The notes: generated by a model not told the origin, from the sequence alone. A stretch of DNA of 64,000 nucleotides from Octopus vulgaris (GCA_951406725.2 OX597814.1:28644001-28708000); one strand, 5' to 3'. Positions 1 to 13,026 are shown, counted from the stretch's first letter. Numbers and translations: made by a program.

Positions 1-161
1 TTATTACGAATTGTACAGCCATGAAACGATCGTAGTGTTTTACTCTTTATCTTTTATTAAACTTTTAATACTTTTGATATATATTTAAAATAATATAAAT
101 GATTTAATTTTATGTATTGGCTTATGTTTTTCATTGTTTGATTTGCCTAATAGTGGTTTTA

Positions 162-220
<59 letters not shown>

Positions 221-438
221 TCAAGGTGGTGCTCCAGCATGGCTGTAGCCAAGTGAATCATATAAGTAAAAGAACAACAGAATAAAAGAACATATATATA
301 TATATACATACATATGTATACAATTATATATGCGTGTGTGTATACACATATACATGTGTGTGCATGTATGTATGTATGTGTGCGTGTGTATACATACATA
401 CATACATACATACATACATACATACATACATACATACA

Positions 439-472
<34 letters not shown>

Positions 473-480
473 CACACACA

Positions 481-1483
<1,003 letters not shown>

Positions 1484-2329
1484 ATGTTTTGCAAACAACT
1501 TGCACATGCAAGTGCTACCGAATATAAAATATAAACTATAAAAAATATAGAATCTTTAAAGAAATGTATAAAGGATATATAAATATATTAAGAATATAAA
1601 ATATATAAAAGTATAAAAACTACAAAAGTAAAGGGATATAAAAATATAGAAAATACAAAAACAATATTAAAAAGTAATATAAAAATAAATATATATAAAT
1701 TCATAAAAGTATGTATGAACAGAAAAAGATTATAACAAAATTTTTATTATAAATAAATAGTGAGAGATAAAAAAATAAATATACCAAAATTAATATAAAT
1801 AAAGCTAAAAGTGGGAAAAGGTTTGATGAATGTTTGTAAGTTATACAATAAAAACACATAAAATAAAACACATAAAATAAAACATATAAAAACAGATAAA
1901 ATAATAATGGCCCTTTGAGGATATATTTTGTACTTAGGGGAGGCGCGAAAATTTTAAAAATCACTTGTAGTAAAGATAAAAGCATATTTTGTATGAATCA
2001 GATATGAATGGAATTGATTTAGGAAATGTGTAGATACATATTGTAATAATCAATAAGGTATAAATTTTCTGGCTTATAACATTTTAAATTATAAATAATT
2101 ATTTCCTAGTTTAAGTCATGGAATAATCATTTCAACCTAGAAGTTATATAAGGTCAAGTCACGACAGAGTGTCATAAGTATGATATACTCAAGGAATTTA
2201 CTAAAGGATTTAGTTGGTTATATAAGTATTATTAAGGTTAAACAGCAATGTTAATGCCAATATGTTAAAAAGAATTTTTTAAAAGTATGGTATTTAAAGT
2301 GTCAAAATTGACGATAAGTTATAACGATT

Positions 2330-3290
2330 CAACAAATAATAATCTATAAAGGAGGAGTGTCATATTCAAAAGTGAACCCTAGGTTAAAGTTTTTGAAAAA
2401 TTTTCTAATTTCCCTCTGCATTCTTTCTATGACACCCTACTATTATTTGGTATAATAAATAATGCGTCATCCCTAAATAGACTACCTTGCAGTTCAGGAA
2501 TTTCTCTACTAAGACAATGTAGGAGGTATGCACCAACTAAATCCGTAACTTGATCCGAGCCGCTTGAACCCGTGGCAATATCAAAATTATTATGGGTGTC
2601 AATTCTTGTCCATAGTTTACCCTCAAATTCATTAATGGTTTTCCTAGCTAAGAGAATATCTATTTTATCTCTAGTTAAAAGAGAGAGGCCTTCAGCAAAA
2701 ATCAGGAACTTATTCAGGAGAATAGGAGAGATGCTAGAATAGTAACTCTTAATATCGAATTGAATGAAAGAGCGTTTAATTAAATCATCAATTGAGGTAA
2801 ACCAGTGTATTACTTCATCAGTGTTATTCCATAATTTAAGAGATAATCTAGGAATTAAAAGGGATAAAACAATATCAAGAATGGATTTACTAAGCCGACC
2901 GATATAAGATCTAATTGGACAAATAAGGCTAACAGAGAGATTTCCATGAAAGTTCTTTTTATAGTCCTTGAGGTTGATCCTAGGTTCGCTTGGCTTCATG
3001 GGTTCCTTTTGGTCCACTAAGTTTAGGTCCATCATAATTTTTTAACCTCCGAGTTAATCTCATACAGGTTGGCATCCGTAGGTATTTTTATTTTGTATTA
3101 AGGTCCTTGAGTATTAGCTTCCTATAAGTACTGTAGTCTAATCTATATAAATTCCCCGTCCTATCCGCAGGTACAAGTAAACCTGGTTTGCTTCTTAATG
3201 ATTTAATAAAGTCCTGTAGTTTCCTCGGGTAGGAGTTCCTTCTAATTAGGTTTCTTTAAACTTTACACTAGAGATTAGTTGAAATATATT
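2330..3290 (-). mobile_element. Penelope-like element reverse transcriptase remnant
   Basis: ORF 2427-3035 has PLE RT-like motifs (LICPIRSYIGRLSKSILD, LWNNTDEVIHWF, FIQFDIKSYYSSI, FDIATGS, LFRDDAL); upstream frame reads LLVPADRTGNLY; frameshifts and stops present. Confidence 0.85.
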
Positions 3291-3718
3291 ATTTATAATT
3301 TTATAATTTTTATAATTTTTTTCTATACATACATACCTTTATGATTTTTATGTATATATTATTTTTTAAATATTTAAAAATATTTTCTATATTTTTCTTA
3401 TATTTTATATTCTTTTATTTTTATAGTTTTTATACTTTTATATATCTTATATTTTTAATATTATTTTATATATTCTTTTATATATTCTTTTATATATCCT
3501 TTATATATTTCTTTAAAGATTATATATTTTTACAGTTTATATTTTATATACCTCATCGTATATTTTATGCTTATACCCTTATATTTTAGATACATTATTT
3601 TCCTTATTAACTTATGGACCTAATTCTATGTTTTTGTAGCTAATACATTCATTTATATATTTTTAAAATAATTTTTCCTCGCGTTCTTTTAATAATTTTA
3701 ATTACAACTTATTCGTCA

Positions 3719-3780
<62 letters not shown>

Positions 3781-4233
3781 CTAAATTTCTCTTAATGCTA
3801 TTACATTATAACTATGCTAAATAATAATAGTCCTCTTTTCTATTGTGGATCTGATTACCACCCCTATATTATTTTATTTAAGGCTCAACAGTTGGACTTA
3901 CTGAACTAACTGTATATCATATATTTTTGAAAATATTCATCACATTACACCGTGCGCGTTCTTTCATTTGAATGCCCTCGTGACATTCAAAAACGAACAT
4001 AAAGTATATTGATACAAGAATGTCTGTCTGTCTTGCTTGTGTAGTTCATATAAGGTAAGCTTATTTCAGTTATATTCGGTGCATTCACCGTGTGTATTTT
4101 AATAGTGAGAAATTTGTGGTTTTGGAGTGTTAGCTCTTATTTCTAGCAAGTGGTATTCAGATACCCGACTTAATTTATTTTTATATTTTACCTAAATAGG
4201 TGTAAACTTGCTGGCCACTTTATTATTATTATT

Positions 4234-4501
4234 CAGTAGTTTTATTTTTATTTTTATAGCGTGCTTTCACTTCACTACCGAGCGCAGCCCTGTGTGCCTT
4301 GGGTATGTGCTGTGATTTGTTGTGATGCTCTGATGGTTATTGTATGGAAAGTGAGAGACACGTTGTCATCTGCCGGTACTGATACATCAATTAGAAAGCA
4401 TTTTTTTTCTTCATGGTCTCTGACAACTATATCTGGTCTGTTGGCCTTAATTTCTCTATCTTGACAACTATATCTGGTCTGTTGGCCTTAATTTCTCTAT
4501 C
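4234..4501 (-). mobile_element. R4/Dong-clade non-LTR retrotransposon 3' fragment in an (ATT)n tract
   Basis: Reverse strand translates DREIKANRPDIVVRDHEEKKCFLIDVSVPADDNVSL (RLE PD..D motif); ATT repeats on both sides. Confidence 0.85.
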
Positions 4502-4548
<47 letters not shown>

Positions 4549-4587
4549 GTAATAATACATTATACCTTATTTAATGATATATATATA

Positions 4588-5850
4588 AGATGCAGTGAAT
4601 AAATTGTCGAAATTACTCAAAAATGAAAATAACACTGACATCTCATTTTAACATATATTTACCAAAATTAGATAAAAATATCTTGACGTACGAAAGAGTA
4701 ACTTTATTCAATAAAATCGCCATTGACTTCAACCACGGCCTTCAGACGACTTCGGAATCCTCTGCAACTCTTCTCGACAGTCTCCTTGTTTAAGTTGGTA
4801 AATGCTGCCCCAATTCTTACCTTCAGTTCACCTTTGGTGCTACAATGAGTTTTGTTGACCTCTCGCTCAACTGTGCCCCACACATGATAATCAAGGAGTT
4901 TGCAGTCTGGGGAAACATCACCCCTAACGTCCGGACATTAGTCCAGACGTTAGGGGTGATGTGGGCACAGAAATTGTCTGATAGCCATAACTAGATTCTC
5001 TTGCTGGTGAGGCATGGTGCAGAGTCCTGTTGCCAGACATAGAGTCTTCCAGCACCCACTCTCTTCACCCACAGTAACACTACCTCCTCCAGGCACTTGA
5101 TGTAGGCCTCCGTTTTAAGTGTAAGGTCATGTGAGAAGGTGAATAGATGCATAAGGTCGGCATCACTAGTGATCACTTCAAACACAAACATCATGGTGTT
5201 GGCTGGATGTTTGAGTTTTATCACCCTCGGTACATGCTTTGGGAACACGGTAATCCAAAAGTTGTTCTGTATGTTCACTATCTGATCTTGACAGAATTTT
5301 TTCGTGTCTGAGGAAAACCATAACATGTTCGGTTGAAGATGCTTCGTAGTGCAGTCTTTCTTCCCATCCTTAATATAAAAATTGGTTCTTTCTCATCTTG
5401 CATGAGGAATACCGAACGTCTTCGTGCACTACTTGATAAGAAACTCAGTCACTTCCATGTCCCTGGCGACGGGCCTGATTGACTTGTAGGGATCGTGGTC
5501 AATCATGGCCTGGATCTCACCAACAAATTCAGGATTTCTTTTCTTATCAGAACCGGAGTGAGTTTTCCGAGCTGCCGTACCTTCGCAATCACCATTAGAC
5601 TCATCCAACATTTTCCGAATCCTCTGCACTGTCCTTAGATTCACACTCAAGCACTGTTAGTAAAAATGTTCGTATTGGAGCATGTCGTTTCCAAATTTCC
5701 GGCAGAGTGAATTGCGTCGTGGTGCTGTTTTTCTTTCAGACAGTGCTCAACTGACCCAACTATACTGTGTAGCCGACAAAATCAAAATGAAACAATGCGC
5801 ATGCGCAAAATAAAAAATATAAAATGGCGACATTTTACCCATTGCACATT
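4588..5850 (-). mobile_element. DD37D (maT-type) transposon, near full length, decayed
   Basis: ORFs 5429-5650 (N-terminal HTH-like) and 4991-5326 (FSSDTKKF...YVWQQDSAP); imperfect TIRs. Confidence 0.9.
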
Positions 5851-5881
5851 ATGTGTGTGTGTGCATGCATATGCGTGTGTG

Positions 5882-5912
<31 letters not shown>

Positions 5913-6015
5913 TCCTGCGTACATTTAAGGAATTACGTAGAAACCTAGAATTTTGTCAAAACACTTAAAATATTTAAAATATGTTTCTTTAGTGTTTGCA
6001 TTATTCTACCAAAAA

Positions 6016-6210
6016 TTAATCCTTTTTCATCCACTTTGTTTTGAACTAATCATGCATTATCTTGTAACAATGAGAATTTGATGGTGTAGCTTTTAATTTT
6101 TAAAACGATATTGTAGGGTTGGTGTGAGAGACCTGATCTGGCCAGTTTGAACATAAAACAGGCAGAATACTTTTGGCCGGATATGACCGGTTTAAATGCT
6201 AAAGGGTTAA
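6016..6210. mobile_element. piggyBac-type MITE
   Basis: TTAA at both ends; termini TTAA-TCCTTT and AAAGGG-TTAA. Confidence 0.55.
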
Positions 6211-6473
6211 AATATTTTTCGAGATGTACTGATGCAGTTATCATGGAATAGATAGAATGTGTCAAAAATCCCTTTCATGCAAGTTGGTTAGGGCACATAA
6301 ATGTGAAAAGTCGGATATATTCAGTTGTAATTTGAAATGGAATATGTCTACTTGTGTACAAATAGATATTTTATCTACATGCATACAAACGCGTACGCAA
6401 AGTCATGCATATACATACACATACTTATATAAATAATTCATTGAATATCCGCACACACACGTGTCGACATATG

Positions 6474-6511
<38 letters not shown>

Positions 6512-7778
6512 CATATGTCGACATGTACATATATTTATATATATATGTATGTATATATATGATATGTATATACATGTATATACATATGAATAGACATACA
6601 AACATACATACGTGTATACGTATAAATGCATATAGGATGACACGAAAATTCGTGAAGCGTTCTATATTACATATACATATATATTTATACTTACATGCGC
6701 ACACACATATATACATGCTTTTACGCACGCACACACACACACGCACACAGATATATATACATGCTTTTACGCACGCACACACACATACACACACAAATAT
6801 ATTAATGCAGATGCAGTCCCTATAATAAAATATAATGACCTTAAGCAAAACCGGCCCCCACAAATTGCTTGTAATTTTCACTTTATAGTTAAATGTCATC
6901 AACAACCAACGCCTAATTTCACCAACTTTGCTTTGTTAAAGCTACTAGACCGATTTATGCGTGTACTTTAACGCATCCTTATTTCAAACGTTGTGCTTCA
7001 ACATTTTAAGTTCGAGCAGCCAACTAATCCAACGGTGAACGGAAATATAGGTACTGGAAAAAAAACAAAAAAACAGTTCCATATTTGGTAACAAAGTCAC
7101 CGGGAAAATGTAACATGGGCTTTATCAACTGCATTCCAACAACTGAAACGTAAAAAAAAGGTATAAAGTATTGCCTTAGTAACTATATACAATGGATAAA
7201 ATAATACAAAATTTAAGTCGCCTTTTAGCCGATAATACGTTGTTTTTACATAATCATTGCACAATTTATATATATTGGTGTTAAGTATATGAAAAAATAA
7301 TAGTTTTATTCGATGTCTTAATTATATGAACGAAACAAAAGCAAAATATCAAATTAGTCGTTTATTGAAGTTTTCCTGTGATATTTTTCTGTGATTTTTT
7401 CCAGTTATATTTTTCCTGTGAATTTTTCCTGGATTTAAATTAACAGCGCCAAAAATCAATTATCTCTCGTTGTCGTTACCAGTTTTTAATCATCGACAGC
7501 ATATTATTTTCTATTCACTTGACGGATCTGTCATTCATCTTGGCAAATTCAGCTATCATCAACTTTAATGAGTGGTTATATTAACGTTCAACCATGAATG
7601 CAACCTAGATTTGAGCTGCAGATAATTAATATTTCTTCTTTTTTATGAACGTGGAATAATTGGGTGGAGAAGGAAAATCACCGAGCTAAATAGTTTATAG
7701 AACCTATATTGTCCTTTATGATATCGGGTTCAATTTTGACTAAATTCTCTTAATTCATCCTCTTGACATCGAGAAAAT

Positions 7779-7787
<9 letters not shown>

Positions 7788-7857
<70 letters not shown>
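7788..7857. repeat. (AG)n microsatellite
   Basis: Direct reading. Confidence 0.97.
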
Positions 7858-7984
7858 ATGAGGAACTAAGTACCAGCCCTTCAGCTAATTGCTGATACAA
7901 TCCATTATACGCCACCTTCGTTGTTTTTTACATAGCATGGCGACGGACAAAATAAATATCTTGCGACATGTAGCTACGGCTCGA

Positions 7985-8070
7985 ATACCGTTTTAGTATC
8001 AAATCCCGCCAAGGTCAATTTGGCCTTTCGTTCTTCCCAAGTCAATAAAATAAAAGTACCAATCAAGTAC
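7985..8070 (+). mobile_element. Degenerate fragment of SINE family 3
   Basis: TCAAATCCCGCCAAGGTCAATTTGGCCTTTC...AAAGTACCA resembles 55920-55985. Confidence 0.5.
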
Positions 8071-8232
8071 CAGAGATTGATTAATGCTCCAATAAAACAT
8101 TCAAGACATGAAAGGAATTGTCACACATATAATTCGTTTAATTCTACAGACAAATTATTCACATTCATAGAGAAGGCAAATAGTTCGTTAAATTTTGTTT
8201 TTGGTTTATATTTGCCTTTGCTTCTTTGTAGT

Positions 8233-8395
8233 CAGGCGCAGGCATGGCTATGTGGTCAAAAACCTCGCTTTGCAACCACGTCGTTTCGGATCCAGTCCCA
8301 CCGAAAACCATTTCCGATAAGTGTCTTTTACAAAGGCACTGGGCTGACCAAAGCTTGTGAGTGAATTTGGTAGACGGAAACTGTGAAATCGCGTC
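8233..8395 (+). mobile_element. CORE-type tRNA SINE, 5' half, degenerate
   Basis: AGGCGCAGGCATGGCTATGTGG head; GTGAATTTGGTAGACGGAAACTG body. Confidence 0.75.
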
Positions 8396-8411
8396 ATATG
8401 TACATATAGAT

Positions 8412-8621
8412 ATATTCTTTTTTTTCTTTTACTTGTTTCAGTCATTTGACTGCAGCCATGCTGGAGCACCGCCTTTTGTCGAACAAATCGATCCCAGAAT
8501 ATATTCTTTATAAGCCTAGTACTTATGCTATCGGTCTCTTTTGCCGAACCACTAAGTTATGGAAACGTAAACACATCAACATCGGTTGCCACGCGATAGT
8601 TGAGGGACAAACGCAGACACA

Positions 8622-8666
<45 letters not shown>

Positions 8667-8828
8667 ACGCATACGACGGGTTTCTTTCAGTTTCCGTCTA
8701 CCAAATCCACTCACAAGGCTTTGGTCATCTCGAGGCAATAGTAGAACACACCTGCCGAAGATTCCACGCAGTGGGACTGAACCCGGAGCCATGTGGTTGG
8801 GAAGCAAGCTACTTACCACACAGCCACA
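8412..8828 (-). mobile_element. CORE-type tRNA SINE
   Basis: Matches the family consensus (TTACTTGTTTCAGTCATTTGACTGC...CTTACCACACAGCC) with an internal CA microsatellite. Confidence 0.9.
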
Positions 8829-8866
8829 ACTATATGTATATATATATATGTGTGTGCTTGTTTGTT

Positions 8867-8916
<50 letters not shown>

Positions 8917-9333
8917 CGTGCGTGTGTATGTTAATGTATAATTTGATGTGCCATGCACAAAATTCTCAGATCTTAAATCACTTTTGGTATATCTGCAGAT
9001 TAAAAAACAATTCGATTTATGTTGTGCTGACGATTCCAAAGAAGGACGAAATGGTGCTATACATGATTACTAATGACTGGAAATTTAAAGATTTTTTTTT
9101 AATGTGTTGAAAAAGAAAACGGTAAAGTTATATACACCGTGAACCTTCTTCACACCTTGACTTAAAATTCAAACTTCCAATCCCGTCTTAACTTAAGGGA
9201 TTGTCTGCCCCACGACCCACAGCACGTGTAAATGATATACACTTATTCTTGTACTGAGTTCTCTTTACCTGAGTTGTTCAGCTAAATTTTCTCTCTCTCT
9301 ATCATTGTCTGTCTGTCAGTCTTTATGTCTGTC

Positions 9334-9367
<34 letters not shown>

Positions 9368-9469
9368 ACACACACACAGACACACACAGCGTAAGAAGAT
9401 TGCTTCCCTACCGCATGGTTCAGTGGCTTAGTCTCACTGCGTGGTACTTACCACACAGCCACTTCTATA

Positions 9470-9780
9470 CATATATATATGAACCTTTAGATCCTTCTAG
9501 ATTCTTCTACATTCAGCCACTCTGACGTCACTCCTTATAAACAGACACTCATTATCGCCATGGACTCTTTGAGAGCAGTCAGCTAAAAGTTTTTTGTGCA
9601 TTTTGATGTCGACATAAGTTCCTTGCCTTTCCTGATGAGAAATCTGCATAATGTTCTCCTTATTCCTTCGGAATTAGGAATATGCAGCCTTCGAAACATG
9701 TCGAAAATAAAGGAAATTTGTTAACAAGTCGTTCAACTCCATTCTTTCATATACTTATAATTTTAAAATAAACATACAAA
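9470..9780 (+). mobile_element. Penelope-like terminal (pLTR) fragment carrying a hammerhead motif
   Basis: Adjacent to a TA run and contains the hammerhead at 9628-9706; PLE assignment is inferred from the motif type. Confidence 0.55.
9628..9706 (+). ncRNA. Type-I hammerhead ribozyme motif with canonical core
   Basis: TTTC-CTGATGA-G...CTGCATA..TATGCAG..C-GAAA-CATG-TC-GAAA: helix I TTTC/GAAA, extended helix II, palindromic helix III ACATGT, predicted GUC cleavage after 9702. Confidence 0.75.
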
Positions 9781-9919
9781 TTTCCGCACGAAAGCACGTA
9801 GTCTATGCCCTAGGGACGTAACTTCGACCGTGTTCTTTCTGATGTGAATTTGCTACCCAGGTATCGGTTATCTTTCGAATTATCCTTAATAAGATAATTC
9901 ATTCAACTACTCAAATATA

Positions 9920-10328
9920 TACTCTTTACTCTTTTACTTGTTTCAGTCATTTGACTGCGGCCATGCTGGAGCACCACCTTTTAGTCGAGCAAATCGACCC
10001 CGGGACTTATTCTTTGTAAGCCCAGTACTTATTCTATCGGCCTCTTTTGCCGAACCGCTAAGTTACGGGGATGTAAACACACCAGCATCGGTTGTCAAGC
10101 AATGCTAGGGGGACAAACACAGACACACAAACACACACATACATATATATATATATATACATATATACGACGGGCTTCTTTCAGTTTCCGTCTACCAAAT
10201 CCACTCACAAGGCATTGGTCGGCCCGGGGCTATAGCAGAAGACACTTGCTCAAGATGCCACGCAGTGGGACTGAACCCGGAACCATGTGGTTGGTTAGCA
10301 AGCTACTTACCACACAGCCACTCCTGCG

Positions 10329-10331
<3 letters not shown>
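9920..10331 (-). mobile_element. CORE-type tRNA SINE, full length
   Basis: rc begins AGGCGCAGGAGTGGCTGTGTGG (A box), GGTTCAGTCCC (B-box-like), CTTGAGCAAGTGTCTT (CORE-like); TACTC tail repeats. Confidence 0.93.
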
Positions 10332-10367
<36 letters not shown>

Positions 10368-10649
10368 ATTCTAGGATGGAATTTATAAATATTTAATACA
10401 CCGCTATGCGCGTTTCCACAAATCACATGATTTTAACAACATTTTAGCATCATCACGTAGTGGTATATTAAATATTTATAAATTCCATCATCCTAGAATT
10501 ATTGTTACTCTTATATTTATCCTACATTATATCGGTATAACCATGATGCAATCCTGAAAAACTGACTAGTCCGTATCATTAGACGATATGCGCCAAAATG
10601 AAATAGCAGCTTATTTGCATACACCCCTAATGTTATATAAACGAATTTA

Positions 10650-10696
<47 letters not shown>

Positions 10697-10698
<2 letters not shown>

Positions 10699-10802
10699 AA
10701 TTAAGGACTGAACACGAAAAAGTGGACAGTCAACATGCTAGATATAGACGTCTATATCTAGCATGTTGACTGTCCACTTTTTCGTGTTCAGTCCTTAATT
10801 GG
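10697..10802. repeat. Perfect palindrome with 53-bp arms and no spacer, embedded in (TA)n
   Basis: CCAATTAAGGAC...ATATAGAC|GTCTATAT...GTCCTTAATTGG, centre 10749/10750. Confidence 0.95.
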
Positions 10803-10885
10803 TATATATATATATTTAATCTTCGGATTTTTTTAATATGTTAGACCACTGGTTTTAATTGATAAATATTGATTTCTACCCTTAA

Positions 10886-10941
<56 letters not shown>

Positions 10942-11361
10942 TGTGTGTGTGTATGTGAGTTTGTGTGTGTGTGCGTGTGTGTGAAAATAGAAAAGGGTTC
11001 TTTTTAAAGTTACTCACTATTCAACAAAACTTTTTAGAAGTCAAAATGTCGCAATCCTTTGGGGAAGAAGTTTTCGTATAGTGTGTGCTTTCTTTGTTCA
11101 ACCTCTGAAACACACGTGTTCTGGGCTAATGTGTATTGAGGAGTTGATTTTAGCAATGGTGTTAATTATTTCCGGCTTAGTTTCGGATTTAGAATTTCAT
11201 AAAGTATTCTTTTGCCCTTCGCAGTTTATCGTTTATCGTCTTTTATTTTGTAAAAATGGAATATATGAGGTAGTCATTTTGAACTATTGGAAAACGTGAG
11301 AGAGAATGATATTGATTAAAAGGGGTCAGGTAGGGATATGCTTGTATATATTCATTCTTAC

Positions 11362-12257
11362 TCTAGGCACAAGGCCCGAAATTTTTGGGGAGGGGGGGCC
11401 AGTCGATTGGATCGCCCCAAGTACGCAACTCGTACATAATTTATCGACCCCGAAAGGATGAAAGGCAAAGTCGACCTCGGCGGAATTTGAACTCAGAACG
11501 TAAAGATAGACGAAATACCTATTTCTTTACTACCCACAAGGGGCTAAACACAGAGAGGACAAACGGATTAAGTCGATTATATCGACCCCAGTGCGTAACT
11601 GGTACTTATTTAATCGACCCCGAAAGGATGAAAGGCAAAGTCGACCTCGGTGGAATTTGAACTCAGAACGTAAAGATAGACGAAATACCTATTTCTTTAC
11701 TACCCACAAGGGGCTAAAACACAGAGAGGACAAACGGATTAAGTCGATTATATCAACCCCAGTGCGTAACTGGTACTTATTTAATCGACCCCCCGAAAGG
11801 ATGAAAGGCAAAGTCAACCTCGGTGGAATTTGAACTCAGAACGTAAAGATAGACGAAATACCTATTTCTTTACTACCCACAAGGGGCTAAAACACAGAGA
11901 GGACAAACGGATTAAGTCGATTATATCGACCCCAGTGCGTAACTGGTACTTATTAAATCGACCCCCCGAAAGGATGAAAGGCAAAGTCGACCTCGGCGGA
12001 ATTTGAACTCAGAACGTAAAGATAGACGAAATACCTATTTCTTTACTACCCACAAGGGGCTAAACACAGAGAGGACAAAACGGATTAAGTCGATTATATC
12101 GACCCCAGTGCGTAACTGGTACTTATTTAATCGACCCCCCCCGAAAGGATGAAAGGCATAGTCAACAATCGGCGGAATTTGAACTCAGAACGTAAAGACA
12201 GACGAAATGCCGCTACGTATTTTGCCCGGTGTGATAACGCTTCTCCCAGCTCGCCGC
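11362..12257 (-). mobile_element. SINE family 3 with five tandem units of about 170-175 bp
   Basis: GAAAGGATGAAAGGC recurs near 11451, 11621, 11795, 11968 and 12143; tRNA-like head at 12257; B box GAGTTCAAATTCC in each unit. Confidence 0.9.
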
Positions 12258-12670
12258 TTCATACTCGTACATATTCGTACATATAATCCGTCTGTCTATT
12301 TGTGTACTCTCGAAATAGAGGATAAAAGTTGTAGAAAGCGACGAACAAGAAGAACAGATGCATATGTTGCAGATTTTATTACAGCAATTTAAAATTAAAA
12401 GAAAAATAACGAAGAAAATAATATCAACAATACTATTTAATGAATTTTTAACTATATACAGATGGCGTCTTTTTTTTTTTGTTTTGTTTTGTTTTTTTCT
12501 TCAACTTTTCATCCTACTTTCGGATCTGATGAGACAAGATTTCCTATTTAGGATCTCCTTACACTTTGAAATATAAATGTGAGTACAGCTAACACCTGAC
12601 TACAGCAAAGAAGATCTTTTACTAACCTCTAAAAGGATTCAAATGTAGAAGGTAACTGGGTGTTATCAAC

Positions 12671-12726
<56 letters not shown>

Positions 12727-12728
12727 AT

Positions 12729-12798
12729 AGGACTAGAACTGTTTCATTCAGATGAAATCTTCCTGAAGATTTCATCTGAATGAAACAGTTCTAGTCCT
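12729..12798. repeat. Perfect hairpin with 34-bp arms and a 2-nt loop
   Basis: AGGACTAGAACTGTTTCATTCAGATGAAATCTTC-CT-GAAGATTTCATCTGAATGAAACAGTTCTAGTCCT. Confidence 0.95.
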
Positions 12799-12889
12799 GT
12801 AGAAGCTCCTTCTATAAAATAAATTACTTTACTCTGCTATGTATTGAGTACCTTATTTACTGTGGTTAACCCCGACTCAACCCGGGACT

Positions 12890-12946
<57 letters not shown>

Positions 12947-13026
12947 ACACTCACACACACACACACATATATATATACATGCGTCTTTCATTTGCCATAT
13001 ATATGTGTGTGTGTGTGTGTATGTAA

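Noticed and set aside
11440-12190. CRISPR-like or retrozyme-like regular array
   Set aside because: Units are repeated in full with no unique spacers, there are no cas genes, and neither strand has a CTGANGA/GAAA core; it is a SINE multimer.
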